From positions 588 to 64,587 of the IMG/VR virus record IMGVR_UViG_3300001278_000001: DNA of 64,000 nucleotides. The stretch is one strand, 5' to 3'. Source of the stretch: a virus. Below the pieces are notes generated by a model. It saw nothing but the letters and a program-made list of their open reading frames with translations. It was not told the origin of the DNA and did no database searches. The number at the start of each line of letters is the position of its first letter. The stretch's first letter is position 1. Positions 38,318-49,400 of this stretch are shown one piece after another. A program made the translations under genes and the position numbers.

Positions 38318-40744
38318 TTATTCGTTAGGTAGTAATCTTTCCTTGTTGAAAATACTATCTAACTCCTGTTTAAAATTAGCTTTTGACTCGGTAGAGTTAC
38401 TAAAATTAACATCTTTAGTAACATCACTTCTTTTTTCTATTAATACAGCCTGATTTTCACTTCTCAGGTTTTCCCTATCATCTTTTCTGTCCTCCTTAAA
38501 AGTATCCCTCTCAATTAAAGAGCTTTTTGATATTTCAGCTAATTCTAATTTTCTTTCATGCTCTCTTTGAGCTAATAACTCCTTAGTAAAAGCTTTTTTT
38601 CTTTCCGACTTATCTTCAAGATCTGCTTCAAGTATTTTAAGTTGTTTTGCTACATCAAATTCAATAGTCTTTGTTTGTTGTTTTTTATCTTCTATTCTTA
38701 AAGAAGCTTCTGTATTAGCATTAGATTGGGCTTGTATGTTTTCTAGTTTTCTTTTTTCAGCTTTCTCAATATTTGATTCTACTGCATATTCTAAAAACTT
38801 ATTTGCACTCTTGGTATTTCTTATCTGTCTAGCTGTATTGTATTGAGATACAGTTATTTCTCTGTTATTAAAAGCGTTAATAATTGAACTTTCAAACGCT
38901 AACCTTTCTTCATTGTCAGGTTTGAAGTCAAAATACATTGCAAATTTATGTAAAGGGAGCTTTTTTATATCATCTAACAAGTCAACATTGTCAGATCCTA
39001 TAATACTCATATACCTGTCTTTCAATGCTTTAGTTGTTAGAACATCGTATAATCTTAATGATACAGCTTCACACATTCTTAGAGACATATTGAAGCTTGC
39101 TTTTACAATATGATTTGTTGCATTATTGGAACTTGCAAGAAGTAATTTCTGAACAGTAACCGAAGTCTTGCTGTTAGGTTGAGTTGTTCCATCCCTAAGT
39201 TCATTGACTCCAAGAAGAGTTCTTAATCGACCATAGTTTGTACTGAATTCTTGAGAAAGAAATCCTAATGCAGAATTATTTAAACCTCCGTTTTCTTCCC
39301 TTATAGCTCTTCCTATAGGTTCTCCATCTTCATCAACTTCATCACCTAAAAGAATACCTCTTCCAAAGAATAAATCTAACACATCTTGTGGCGAAACCTT
39401 TTGACCGTTAAGAACAACATTGTTTAATGCTCTTGGTGATATTGTCACTGTATTTGGTCTAAGTTCTGCCTTTAATTGCTGTAGTTTGTACCAATCCCTT
39501 TGAATATCGTCAACAATAGGCTTGGCTCTTTGTATCAAGCTATCGAATCGTATTACTCCTCTTTCTGAGTTTCTTTTTACTTTGGGAGCATAAACAACGT
39601 AATTACTTATTGGGTTGTTTACTTCTTTTTCAACTTGATTAGGGATTTTTTCCCATTTAATCATAATTCCCGCAGTTGGAATATATATTCCTCTGTACCA
39701 AACTTTATATGGAACTTCAACTTTTTTATTTGGATTAGTTGGATCGTATCCAGTTTCAGTTCTTTCAATAAGTTTTACTGATTTATTCTTTCTGAGTTTT
39801 TTGAAAATTCTACTTTCGTGTACGGCATACTCAAAATCTATATACTCAATAAGTCTATGTTGGTCTTGATCGTGGTCGTAAGTGTCTAGGTTTTCTCTGT
39901 TGCCACTTATAGATGCTGTTTTTAGTTGAGATAATTCTTCTACAGAAAAATTCCGACCTGCTAATTTCATCATTTGACCAATGGTATCCTCGCAATAAGC
40001 TCCATGATACCTAGCGTCTCTAGCATCATCCATTTCAAACAAACTATGGATGTAATTATACGGATCTATGTACTTTATTTTTATACCCTCACTATAGTCC
40101 GTATAGTGGTATCCAACACCAAGTCCTATGTCAATAAGATCTTCATCTACTTTGTCTTTTATTCCTTCAAATCGTTGGTGTTTAAAAACATTTTGAACAG
40201 CTAACTCTTGAGCTTTTTCAATATTTGGCTTATATTCTAGCTTACGTATTTTTAACTCTCTCTCGTCTTTAGGAAGGTCTTTTCGAGTTATGTCTACATT
40301 TATTCCCTGACTAATTATATCAGAAAACTCCTTTGTAAAAAAATCTTGTTCGAGATTCTTAAAGAAGTTTTTCTTGTCATTTACAGCAGTAATATCAATA
40401 GCTTCTGCTTTTGGAACAAACAAACTTTCATCTATTGAATTGGACAAAATATCCTTGAATACAGGAAGTATTCTTAGCTTTTCAGAATAATCAATTTTAT
40501 AATTTTTATGATCTATTTCTGATTCGTTTTTCTTTCTAGCTCCCTCAATCATTCTTTTATAATTGGTGGTCTGCTCGCCTTTTGAATAGGCTCTCATTTC
40601 GCTAATCCATTTTCTTCTGTAATCCATTTGACCTTCACACCACTGGCTAGATATAGCTTCGGCTACTTTTTTACCAAAGGAAACGTCAGACTTTTCTTCG
40701 TCTGAACTAAAATCATCAGGAAATGTTGTGTGTATGTATGACAT
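38318..40744 (-). CDS. Portal protein
   Basis: 808 aa next to terminase; TFPDDFSSDEEKSD.SFGKKVAEAISSQW N-term, IKYIDPYNYIHS and ELRDGTTQP resemble flavobacterial/crAss-related portals. Confidence 0.82.
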   Translation of the reverse strand: MSYIHTTFPDDFSSDEEKSDVSFGKKVAEAISSQWCEGQMDYRRKWISEMRAYSKGEQTTNYKRMIEGARKKNESEIDHKNYKIDYSEKLRILPVFKDILSNSIDESLFVPKAEAIDITAVNDKKNFFKNLEQDFFTKEFSDIISQGINVDITRKDLPKDERELKIRKLEYKPNIEKAQELAVQNVFKHQRFEGIKDKVDEDLIDIGLGVGYHYTDYSEGIKIKYIDPYNYIHSLFEMDDARDARYHGAYCEDTIGQMMKLAGRNFSVEELSQLKTASISGNRENLDTYDHDQDQHRLIEYIDFEYAVHESRIFKKLRKNKSVKLIERTETGYDPTNPNKKVEVPYKVWYRGIYIPTAGIMIKWEKIPNQVEKEVNNPISNYVVYAPKVKRNSERGVIRFDSLIQRAKPIVDDIQRDWYKLQQLKAELRPNTVTISPRALNNVVLNGQKVSPQDVLDLFFGRGILLGDEVDEDGEPIGRAIREENGGLNNSALGFLSQEFSTNYGRLRTLLGVNELRDGTTQPNSKTSVTVQKLLLASSNNATNHIVKASFNMSLRMCEAVSLRLYDVLTTKALKDRYMSIIGSDNVDLLDDIKKLPLHKFAMYFDFKPDNEERLAFESSIINAFNNREITVSQYNTARQIRNTKSANKFLEYAVESNIEKAEKRKLENIQAQSNANTEASLRIEDKKQQTKTIEFDVAKQLKILEADLEDKSERKKAFTKELLAQREHERKLELAEISKSSLIERDTFKEDRKDDRENLRSENQAVLIEKRSDVTKDVNFSNSTESKANFKQELDSIFNKERLLPNE

Positions 40745-40797
40745 AATTATGTAAAAATAACTTAATTAATGTTTTTTAATTTGATCTATTAGTAATT

Positions 40798-43077
40798 CTA
40801 AGCACTAAAGGAACTGAAAGACAAACTGCCCGACTGATTAATAAAGTCAGGAGCGTCTTTTCTTTTCTTGACTCGATATTGCGCCCCCATTTTTGCTAAT
40901 CCTGATGCAACACCTAAATCGAATTCTTTACGTTTGGATAAATTAAATACAATCCATTCCTGTATTAATTCTTTGATATAGCATTTACAGTCAGTCTCAA
41001 GATTTATTCCTACATGATCTACTATATAATCTTTTATTAAACTGGCTTGATCTGCGACAACTTCTGATGAACTCGGAATTCCTCCCCATTTTTTCTCAGA
41101 CTCAGTTAGTTTACTCCATGCTTTGTCTTGTCTTCTAAGAGAATACCCTGTGTATCCATTATCGTACATAAATTCAAGAAGTCTTGGCTTATTACTTTCA
41201 ATTAATGCGTACATTCCAAAGAATCTACATATTTTAATAACATCTTCGTAAAAATCATCTCTTTTCTCAGGACGATCTCTATAGGTTAAGAAAAAAGAAT
41301 TGGAAGGTGCGCCAACCATATTAAATTTAGAGAATCCGACAACTGTTCCGTCAGATCCTTTTCCATCTCCTGCATTACCTATAATATCATAACTATCAAC
41401 TCCGAAACATCCTACATCTGCATTGTTAGGCATATTCATTTGTTTTCCGTGAAAGTTCTTTTTTGAGAATTTATTCTGCATATCCTTAGGAGGAATCCAA
41501 GTAGTCTTGATTCTTCCTTTAGGGTTAGGATTCCAAATTACATTGGACTCAAACTTCTTTCCCGACCAACTTAAATTACCTGTCATAACAATATGACTTA
41601 ATTCTTGCTCAGGAATTTTATCTAAAAATTCTATATGATTATTTAAGTTGTCAGCGTCAAAATCATTATGAACTCCTCCTTCTTGTCTGAGGGCGTGTTC
41701 AATTGTTCTTGGAACATTTCTATAAAAAGAATTAAGCTCGCTTTTTTTCATCTTCTTAGCGTTCTCTTCTTCTATATTCCACTTAGTTATAGCTCCATAT
41801 TCTACTATTTTTCCAATTTCATTTTCAACTGGCTCTATAGGATCGTGATATATTGGAAACCCCCACTTATCAAACATGGCTTCTTCCCCCCAAGTAAGGC
41901 AGTTATCTACAAACAAGGCTACTAATCCTGTAGCTGTAGATCCTGTTTTATCTCTTTTTCTAGGATCTGAATTTTCCCATTCATATTTTGCTGATAAAGA
42001 ATTTATTTTCTTATCACCTGTGGTTGATCCGAATTTTCCTTTTGGCTTAGTGTCTTTACTTTGGTTATAACACCTTTTGTGCCTAGCTCTAAATTGAGAG
42101 AAATCAACATCTTCTAATTTGAAGATTTCATCATTAATGGCAAAAGGCTTAACCCTTGTACTATCGTATGCTGTTAGTTTTGTTGGGTATGTTTTTATAC
42201 GTGATGTTTCTCTTTTTGGAGTGTCGTGTTTTATTTCTATTTTGGTTTTAGGTAGATCATTTGGATCACTTAAAACAGGTTTGAAAAATGTAGGATAATA
42301 CTTAAAAGAGTCAACTATTTTTGATTGGAATAATTCTAATGCCAATTCTTTTCTTTCTGAAACAATGGGGATGTTAGCGTATTTAGTTTTACTCATAAAA
42401 TTAAGAGCTTCACTAGATGCTTCTGATGTCCAAGCTACACGCCTACTTTTGAATCTAATTTCTCCAAAAACATCATCATCAGCTTTTACCGCTTCCCAAT
42501 GCCACCAAGTATATACTGATGTTGTTCGAAATAAGGGATACATATCAGAATCAGTCAAGTAATAATAATTAAGGAACATATAGTTAGATCCTGTCATATA
42601 CATTATTTCATTGTCTATTTTGATAAAAAAACCATTGTTTCTTTTCTCGAATTCTTTTGCTATAAATTTAGAATACTTATTAAGTAATGTTTTCCTTTTT
42701 GATTTATAGTTGTTGCGAATAGATTTTATCTCTGTTTGAGATCCTGCATCAGATAAATCGGCACTATATTTTTCTTCTAAGTCTAAAAATTCTTCAGGAG
42801 TTTCTGTTCTTCTCCAAAAAGAATTGTCGGGATGAACGTCTTCGTTCACAATTTCTTTTCCTTTATGGCTAGGTATTCCAATAAGTAGTTCTCCAACTTT
42901 ATATATTTCGCCTAAACTTCCATCTTTAGATATGCAAATAAAGTTAGGATCTATATCTTCATATTTTTTATATTGCCAAGAACCTTCTTTGTTTTTTTTG
43001 TGATACAATTTTTTATCCATCAATTCAAATGGATTTATTTTTGTAGCAATTGATCCTCTGTAGCTAGTGTCTCTCAT
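40798..43077 (-). CDS. terL: Terminase large subunit
   Basis: ATPase FKSRRVAWTS; RNase H-like nuclease GCFGVDSYD, LIESNKP, EFDLGVASGLA. Confidence 0.88.
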   Translation of the reverse strand: MRDTSYRGSIATKINPFELMDKKLYHKKNKEGSWQYKKYEDIDPNFICISKDGSLGEIYKVGELLIGIPSHKGKEIVNEDVHPDNSFWRRTETPEEFLDLEEKYSADLSDAGSQTEIKSIRNNYKSKRKTLLNKYSKFIAKEFEKRNNGFFIKIDNEIMYMTGSNYMFLNYYYLTDSDMYPLFRTTSVYTWWHWEAVKADDDVFGEIRFKSRRVAWTSEASSEALNFMSKTKYANIPIVSERKELALELFQSKIVDSFKYYPTFFKPVLSDPNDLPKTKIEIKHDTPKRETSRIKTYPTKLTAYDSTRVKPFAINDEIFKLEDVDFSQFRARHKRCYNQSKDTKPKGKFGSTTGDKKINSLSAKYEWENSDPRKRDKTGSTATGLVALFVDNCLTWGEEAMFDKWGFPIYHDPIEPVENEIGKIVEYGAITKWNIEEENAKKMKKSELNSFYRNVPRTIEHALRQEGGVHNDFDADNLNNHIEFLDKIPEQELSHIVMTGNLSWSGKKFESNVIWNPNPKGRIKTTWIPPKDMQNKFSKKNFHGKQMNMPNNADVGCFGVDSYDIIGNAGDGKGSDGTVVGFSKFNMVGAPSNSFFLTYRDRPEKRDDFYEDVIKICRFFGMYALIESNKPRLLEFMYDNGYTGYSLRRQDKAWSKLTESEKKWGGIPSSSEVVADQASLIKDYIVDHVGINLETDCKCYIKELIQEWIVFNLSKRKEFDLGVASGLAKMGAQYRVKKRKDAPDFINQSGSLSFSSFSA

Positions 43078-43409
43078 TAGTCAAGATATTTTTCTAAAGG
43101 ATATTCATCATTGGATTCTTGTTCTTTAGGAACTTCTTTTATCTCATCTTTTTTTGAGTTTCCCTGTTTCTTAATAGCTTCGATTTCATCTTCTTTTTGA
43201 GTTATCATTTGTAGAAGATTGGAAGCTGTTGTTGCAGACCTATCAATACCTTCGGCATATACTTTTCGCTGAGTGTCTTTTAATTTAATTTTACCGTTTT
43301 CAGGCTCAGTTTCTATGTCTTCACTAAGAAGAAGAATGATGTTATCGTAAGACTTGTTTAAAGCGTCTATGTGTTTTTGGATACGGTCTATTTTTTCACT
43401 TTTAGTCAT
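43077..43409 (-). CDS. Putative terminase small subunit
   Basis: 110-aa helical ORF immediately upstream of terL. Confidence 0.5.
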   Translation of the reverse strand: MTKSEKIDRIQKHIDALNKSYDNIILLLSEDIETEPENGKIKLKDTQRKVYAEGIDRSATTASNLLQMITQKEDEIEAIKKQGNSKKDEIKEVPKEQESNDEYPLEKYLD

Positions 43410-43412
43410 TTT

Positions 43413-46400
43413 TTATCTGTTATTCCTTTTTTCTTGATTTTCTTTTCTTTTTCGTTCGGAATCCTTTCTTCTTTCTGATCTGCTTTTTTTAGATTTAGAT
43501 CTTTTAGAAAGCTCTTCCCCTGTTTTTTCCGATATTATTGGCTTACTATAACCTAATGCTCTATAAACTTTAGACTCCGTACTTATATTATCGTTCCAAT
43601 AAACATCGTTCCATTCATTTAAAACATCAAATGAGAAATTTGGTATTCCTGCCAATAATCCCGATGTCTTCTTGATAGCATTAAAGATATGTCTTTCTCG
43701 TGACTTTTCATTTTTGGCTTCACTGGCGTTTTTAATATTTGCTTCTATTTTTTTTATTTCTTCAAATAAAGGACTTGAAACCAACCCACCAAAAGTAAAT
43801 TCTTTGTCAAGAACAATCTTGTCTATTGTGTATAATAATATACCCCCGATTATTGGAACAGACTGTACATTTCCTAAAATAGCACTACTTAATAACGCCT
43901 TGTCAGACTCACTAGAGTCTTCTTCATCTAAAAGACCTTTGAAAGCACTTATTAATCCTCCTGATAATATATTAGAAATATATGTGTAAAGCATTGGTTG
44001 AGCGAATTGATAATTTAAAAAAGCAAAAGCATTCCTAACATTACTACCTTTAGACTCTTGACCTCTCAATCCTTTAATTAACTCCCTTCTATGAAAGTTT
44101 GCATTTTGAAAGTTTTGTATAGGAGAGGTCGCAAACATCATTATATATCTCAAATAAGGACTTTTCTGAATTTCGCTTTTACCAAAAGCACTAATTGATT
44201 GTTGAGATCTATCTGCGGAAGATTCGAATTTCTCTAAAGCTTTTTGAGTTGCAACATCTTCTGAAAAACCTCTCTTGATAAATCTAGCTTTCCAAGACGT
44301 GAATACAGGTATAGCTCCCATAACACCAATAGTATCACCAAACTTAACGTTGACTAAGGATAAGTCTAATATCCTTTTGTATGATCTCGCTATGGCTCTT
44401 CTGTTGGCTTCAACTTGAGAATTTTTGAATCTAATAGACTTATCATCTGAAATAGATTCAAGACCTAGAATTGCATTCTCTATATTTTCTGAATCGTATC
44501 TTATTTTTAAGAAATCAGAATTTTCAAATAAAAATTTACCATCTTGAACAATACTAGAATAGGCATCTAAAAATTCTCTAGTAGACATATTGTTAGGTAG
44601 GTCAAAAGATCCGTTTATAATCGAAATTGTTTGTGTGATCCCGATTTTTGTCTTTAGAGCTAATACTGATTTGGCAATATTTCTACCTAAAGTATCTACT
44701 ATCTTGTTACCTCGTTCACCGCCTTGCTCTACATCTTTTGTTTTGTAATAGATTAGAGAGTCTATTATTTGAGACCCTTGAAGACCATTATTAAGGAGCA
44801 ATGCTTTTTGAATGCTTTTATCTTTTATAATAGCATTGTATTCCTTGTGGACTTCTGCAAAAGCTATATAGTGTGAGCTTTCTTCTATGTTTCTTTTCAA
44901 CAAAGTGTCCACAGGGATAGCATTTATTTTTTTGTCATTTAAAACTCTTTCTTTTTGACTTCCGTATCCAGTTGTTCTAATTCTTGAAGCACCTAGCAAG
45001 TCGTTTTCTTTTTGAGAAACTTCTGTAGACTCCCTATTTACTTTTCCTGCATAAAAATCAGGCTTACCTAGAGAGTGGAAATTTAATTTCTTGTAAATCT
45101 CATTAGATTGATTGTATAAGTCTTGATATACGGAGAAAATAAAATTACCATAATCTTTAGCTGATTCAGGCAAAATTTTCTCGATGTCTTGCAATACGGA
45201 GTCCGTAAATCCATTAGAAGCTAACCCCGCTCTTAAGTCTTTGTTGTGATAGTTTTGCCAAACATTTATTAATTGAGAAATAGAATAATTAGCATCTTGT
45301 TTAACCTTTACGCTTGAATCATCAGGCAGAACTTCTATTTGTAATTTGACAATTTTATTTAATAAAGCGTCGGCTTTTCTTGTACTGCCAAATATATTTT
45401 TTTGAGCGTCAGATATTTTTTTAGAAAAAGATCTAATTCTTTGCCTTTTAACTCGTTCTCGGTTCTTCAATTTATTCACAAATTGAACCCAAGAACTAGA
45501 ATCTCTGTTTTCACCACCTTTTTTAGATATGAAAGCAGATATACTATCTAAGCTTCCAGTTACTTTCCCTCTAAACAAATCAAAGTAAATCTTTTTAAAA
45601 GCTCCTGTTAGTGGATTTGATTCTAATTGTAATTCTTTCTTTATATCTGATACCGTTCTATTACTGGTCAAGTTTTCAGGATTTGCATCAGACTCAAGAT
45701 CGGATATTGTTTGGTTTATTTCCTCTTTTTGTAAGTTTCTAAGTTCTTTAAGAGAACTTCTTCCATCGTTAAATATTTCTTCAATTTGAGACAAGGCATT
45801 TGATAGTAAGTCATTTGCATTATCAACATCGTTACTAGTATTTGCTGATAGTATCTCTAAGGAGATTCCTATAGTTTGTAGGTCGATTTGTTCTGAGTCT
45901 GTCAGCGAATCCTTGTCTAATAATAATTCTCTAGCATCAAATAGCTCTACAATTTTATCATTAATTAAATCAGATTTTTTAGTAGTAGAATTACCTTTTA
46001 TCAATGTATTGTTTTTTATTTCAGATAAAATATTTGCAGTTTCCTCATTGGTTATGTTAGCTTTTCTTCTTCCACTTTCTCTTTTGGAGAATCGTTTATT
46101 CAGAATTCCGTTAATTTTTCTTAAAATAACTCTATTAGATATAGAGGTGATTATATTATTTACTTTGTCGAATTCTTTTAAAAGGTTGTTTTTTGTTTTT
46201 GATTTTTCTACTCCTCTAAGTAATTTTACAAGCTCATTCTTCTGTAATTCAGACACTTGACTACTATCAATGCTTGACTTTATAAATCCAACTAAATCTT
46301 TCTTTATATCTGAAATAGTTGATTTTTGGTCATTGAATTTTTGATATATTTTATCCTTAGTTTCTTTTATTGATTTTTGTTGAGATATTACTAAATCAAT

Positions 46401-49400
46401 AGCGTTAACATCAGATTCATCTACTTTATTGGATTGCTCAGCATTTGATCTATTGGCTATTTTTTGAGCAGAAAGTAGTTCAGCAGAAGCTAAATCCGTA
46501 AATTTATCCAAAGTTAGATCTGATAATTTATCTTCACTTAAGTTTCTTATTCTTAATCCTTTAGCTATTTTTGTAAATAAATTTTTAAACCAAGAAGAGA
46601 ATTGTTTCTTTTTTGATTCATTTAGTATTTTTACTCCTTTTTCTCCAATAGCTTGAGATAATGCTTCTTCAAGAATTTGATTCTCTGATAATTCAGAATA
46701 TGTTTCGTTATTTATTACTTGAGACTCATATTCAGATCCTTTTACTAAATTAAGACCTGTATTATATGCCTGTCTGTTTGTTGATTTTATGTGAGATACC
46801 CAAAGGTGTCCAAACTCATGTATTGGTGTATCTTTTTTTACCTGATCTCTATTTAGAAACACAACATTATCATTGACAAATCCATTAGGCGCATCGTTCT
46901 CGGAATCTATATTGAATCCTAAAGATTTCAGTTCCTCAATAATTTGAGGACTAGATAATACTTTTACATCGGATGATAAACCTGTCTTCTTTAGTCTATC
47001 AATTAAACCATTTAATTCAGATCCTTTTATTCTTTCTTGTGTACTTGATACCTGAAAAGGAATATCTTGATCTGACGAATCCGATTGTTGTTCTTGAGAG
47101 TCACTAGGAGATTCGTTTTTAAGAACATTCTCAATGTTTGAATCTGTAGCGGTTATACCCGTAAGAGATTTAAACTTGTTTTTCAAATCTTTTACATTGT
47201 TGTTTTGTGAATCTAAGAATGAGTTTGGGTTTGAGTTGGATTTAATAAAATCTGTTATGTCGCTTAACTCAACTGTGTTTTCTGTTAATGATTGCGCAAC
47301 TTCTCTAATAGAATCTATGTTTCCTGATTTTCCTGATTTATTTTTATTTTTAGAACTGAAATAAAACTGGTTTATATCAGGAACATTGTTGATGTCGTCT
47401 ACTTGAGAAAAACTTTCTTTATTAACCTTGACTCCTTGAAGCGCACTTGCAATAGCACCTTCTAGGGAATTGTTTTTTGAATCAGAAACTAAAGAATCAA
47501 ATTCCTGTTGACTTTTTATTTGCCTAGCAACTTCTATTGGATTTGTGCTTTTTTCTAAAATTTCAGAAGTTATTTGATCTGTTGTTATAGATGAGTCATT
47601 GGGAATTTCAACCTGAGTTCCATTGTCAAAATCAAAATCATTTATAAATTGATCTACTATAATTTTTCGTTCTCTTTGACTAGGCTTTTTGTTTCCGAAT
47701 TTTGGTTCAATATTTAGTTTACCTTCGTTTATAGAAACTTTGTAATCATTTATGTTTGTGGATACATCTATTTCTGATGGATTGCTGTTTTCTAAAATAG
47801 AGTCAATTTGGTTAAATGAATCTTCTTGTTGTTGAGTGTTTTCAGTAATAGGATCTCTAAATAATTTATCAGGGTTATTTGAGTCTTCAACAAAACCTTC
47901 ATCTAAATAAAGTTTTTTAAGTCTCTCTTTATCTACACTTTCCTCAAGAGGAACAACATCAAGTTCTAGCTTAGACCCATTAGAATCTGCTAGTTCTGTT
48001 ATCTTTTGTAGAGCATTTTTGGCACTTCCTTGATTTCTTGAATCTTCTTGAGTACTGATACTGTCTATTTTTATAGATCCTTCTCCTTTCTTTAAAATAA
48101 CATCAGAATTCCCAATAGATACTTTTGTTGATCCTGATGCTATATCTGAAATATCCTCAGTTTTACCAAGAGATTCTGCAAACTCCAACACCTCTTTTGG
48201 AGTGGAGTTATTTTCTTTTTTAATCTCCTCTATTCTATTAGATAAGGCTTCTGCGGATTTATTATCATTATCAATCTTAACGTCAATATCTCCTGATATT
48301 ATTTTAGAAATATTAGCATCGTCAGAAATGAAATTTTCAAAATCATTTTTAGTAGATTCTGTTTCTTTTCCATTAACAGAAATAGTTATTTTCCTATTAA
48401 TTATAGAGTCTTGCTGATTATTTAGGTCAACTAGATTTTTTTCTATCTCAGATTTTAAAGATTTTTCAGCAGAATTTAATTTAGATTTTTGATTTAACCG
48501 ATCTAGTGATATTTCTATAGAAGCTTTTTTTGATGAAATATCTAGCAATTCTTTTTTCTCATCTAAATCCAAATTATCGAAATTATCTACAGTGGTAGAT
48601 ATTATTTTTTTGTTTTCCGAGAACAATTCATTTATTCTATTTTTAGTAATGTCTATTGTATTCTGATCCAAATCATTTGTTTCATCTAGTAATCTTTGCA
48701 AGTCTGCTATTTCAGAAACATTGTTGAACACGTTTTCTCTTTTCTTTTGATTAGAGATATGACTAATGAATTGACCAGTTATTCTAGGAGAAACAGAAAG
48801 GGCAGAACCCACAGAAAAACCTCCTGCTATAGCATCTATTGAATTATCAAAAACACCTATTCGATCATCTCCTAAATAGAATTTGTTTATGGAATTCTGA
48901 GTAGCGTTAGTTAAGAACTCATCTAGCAAACCTTCCTCTGCTCCATCTTTTATGACACCGAAACTTTGTTTAGAAAATTCCTTTATTCTATTAGATATAT
49001 TTCTTTTTACTTGAGATCTTAACTGTTGCTTGGTTGCATTTGATAAAACTCTTTTCCCAATATTCAGCCTTTTGGCTTCACCAAAAAGTTTACTGAATAC
49101 TAATTCGGAAACAGCAAGTGTTGAAGATGCTATAAATATATCTGATTCACTATTGTCAGTAGCTCTTTCGAGAACAGATTTTTCAGATTCTAAAGATTCT
49201 TTTTCCTCACTGGACAAGCCATCTTCATTAAGGGAATTATTGATTTCATTAATCCTATTTGTGTCTGATTTTTTTCTTTCTCTAATAGATATTTCTGAAT
49301 CAGCTTGTTGAGCCACAACAAAAGAAGCCTGACCTACGTATGGAATTGCCAACTGAGCAACTGTAGCAGTATTGTCAGCCAATCCATCAATGGTAAAATC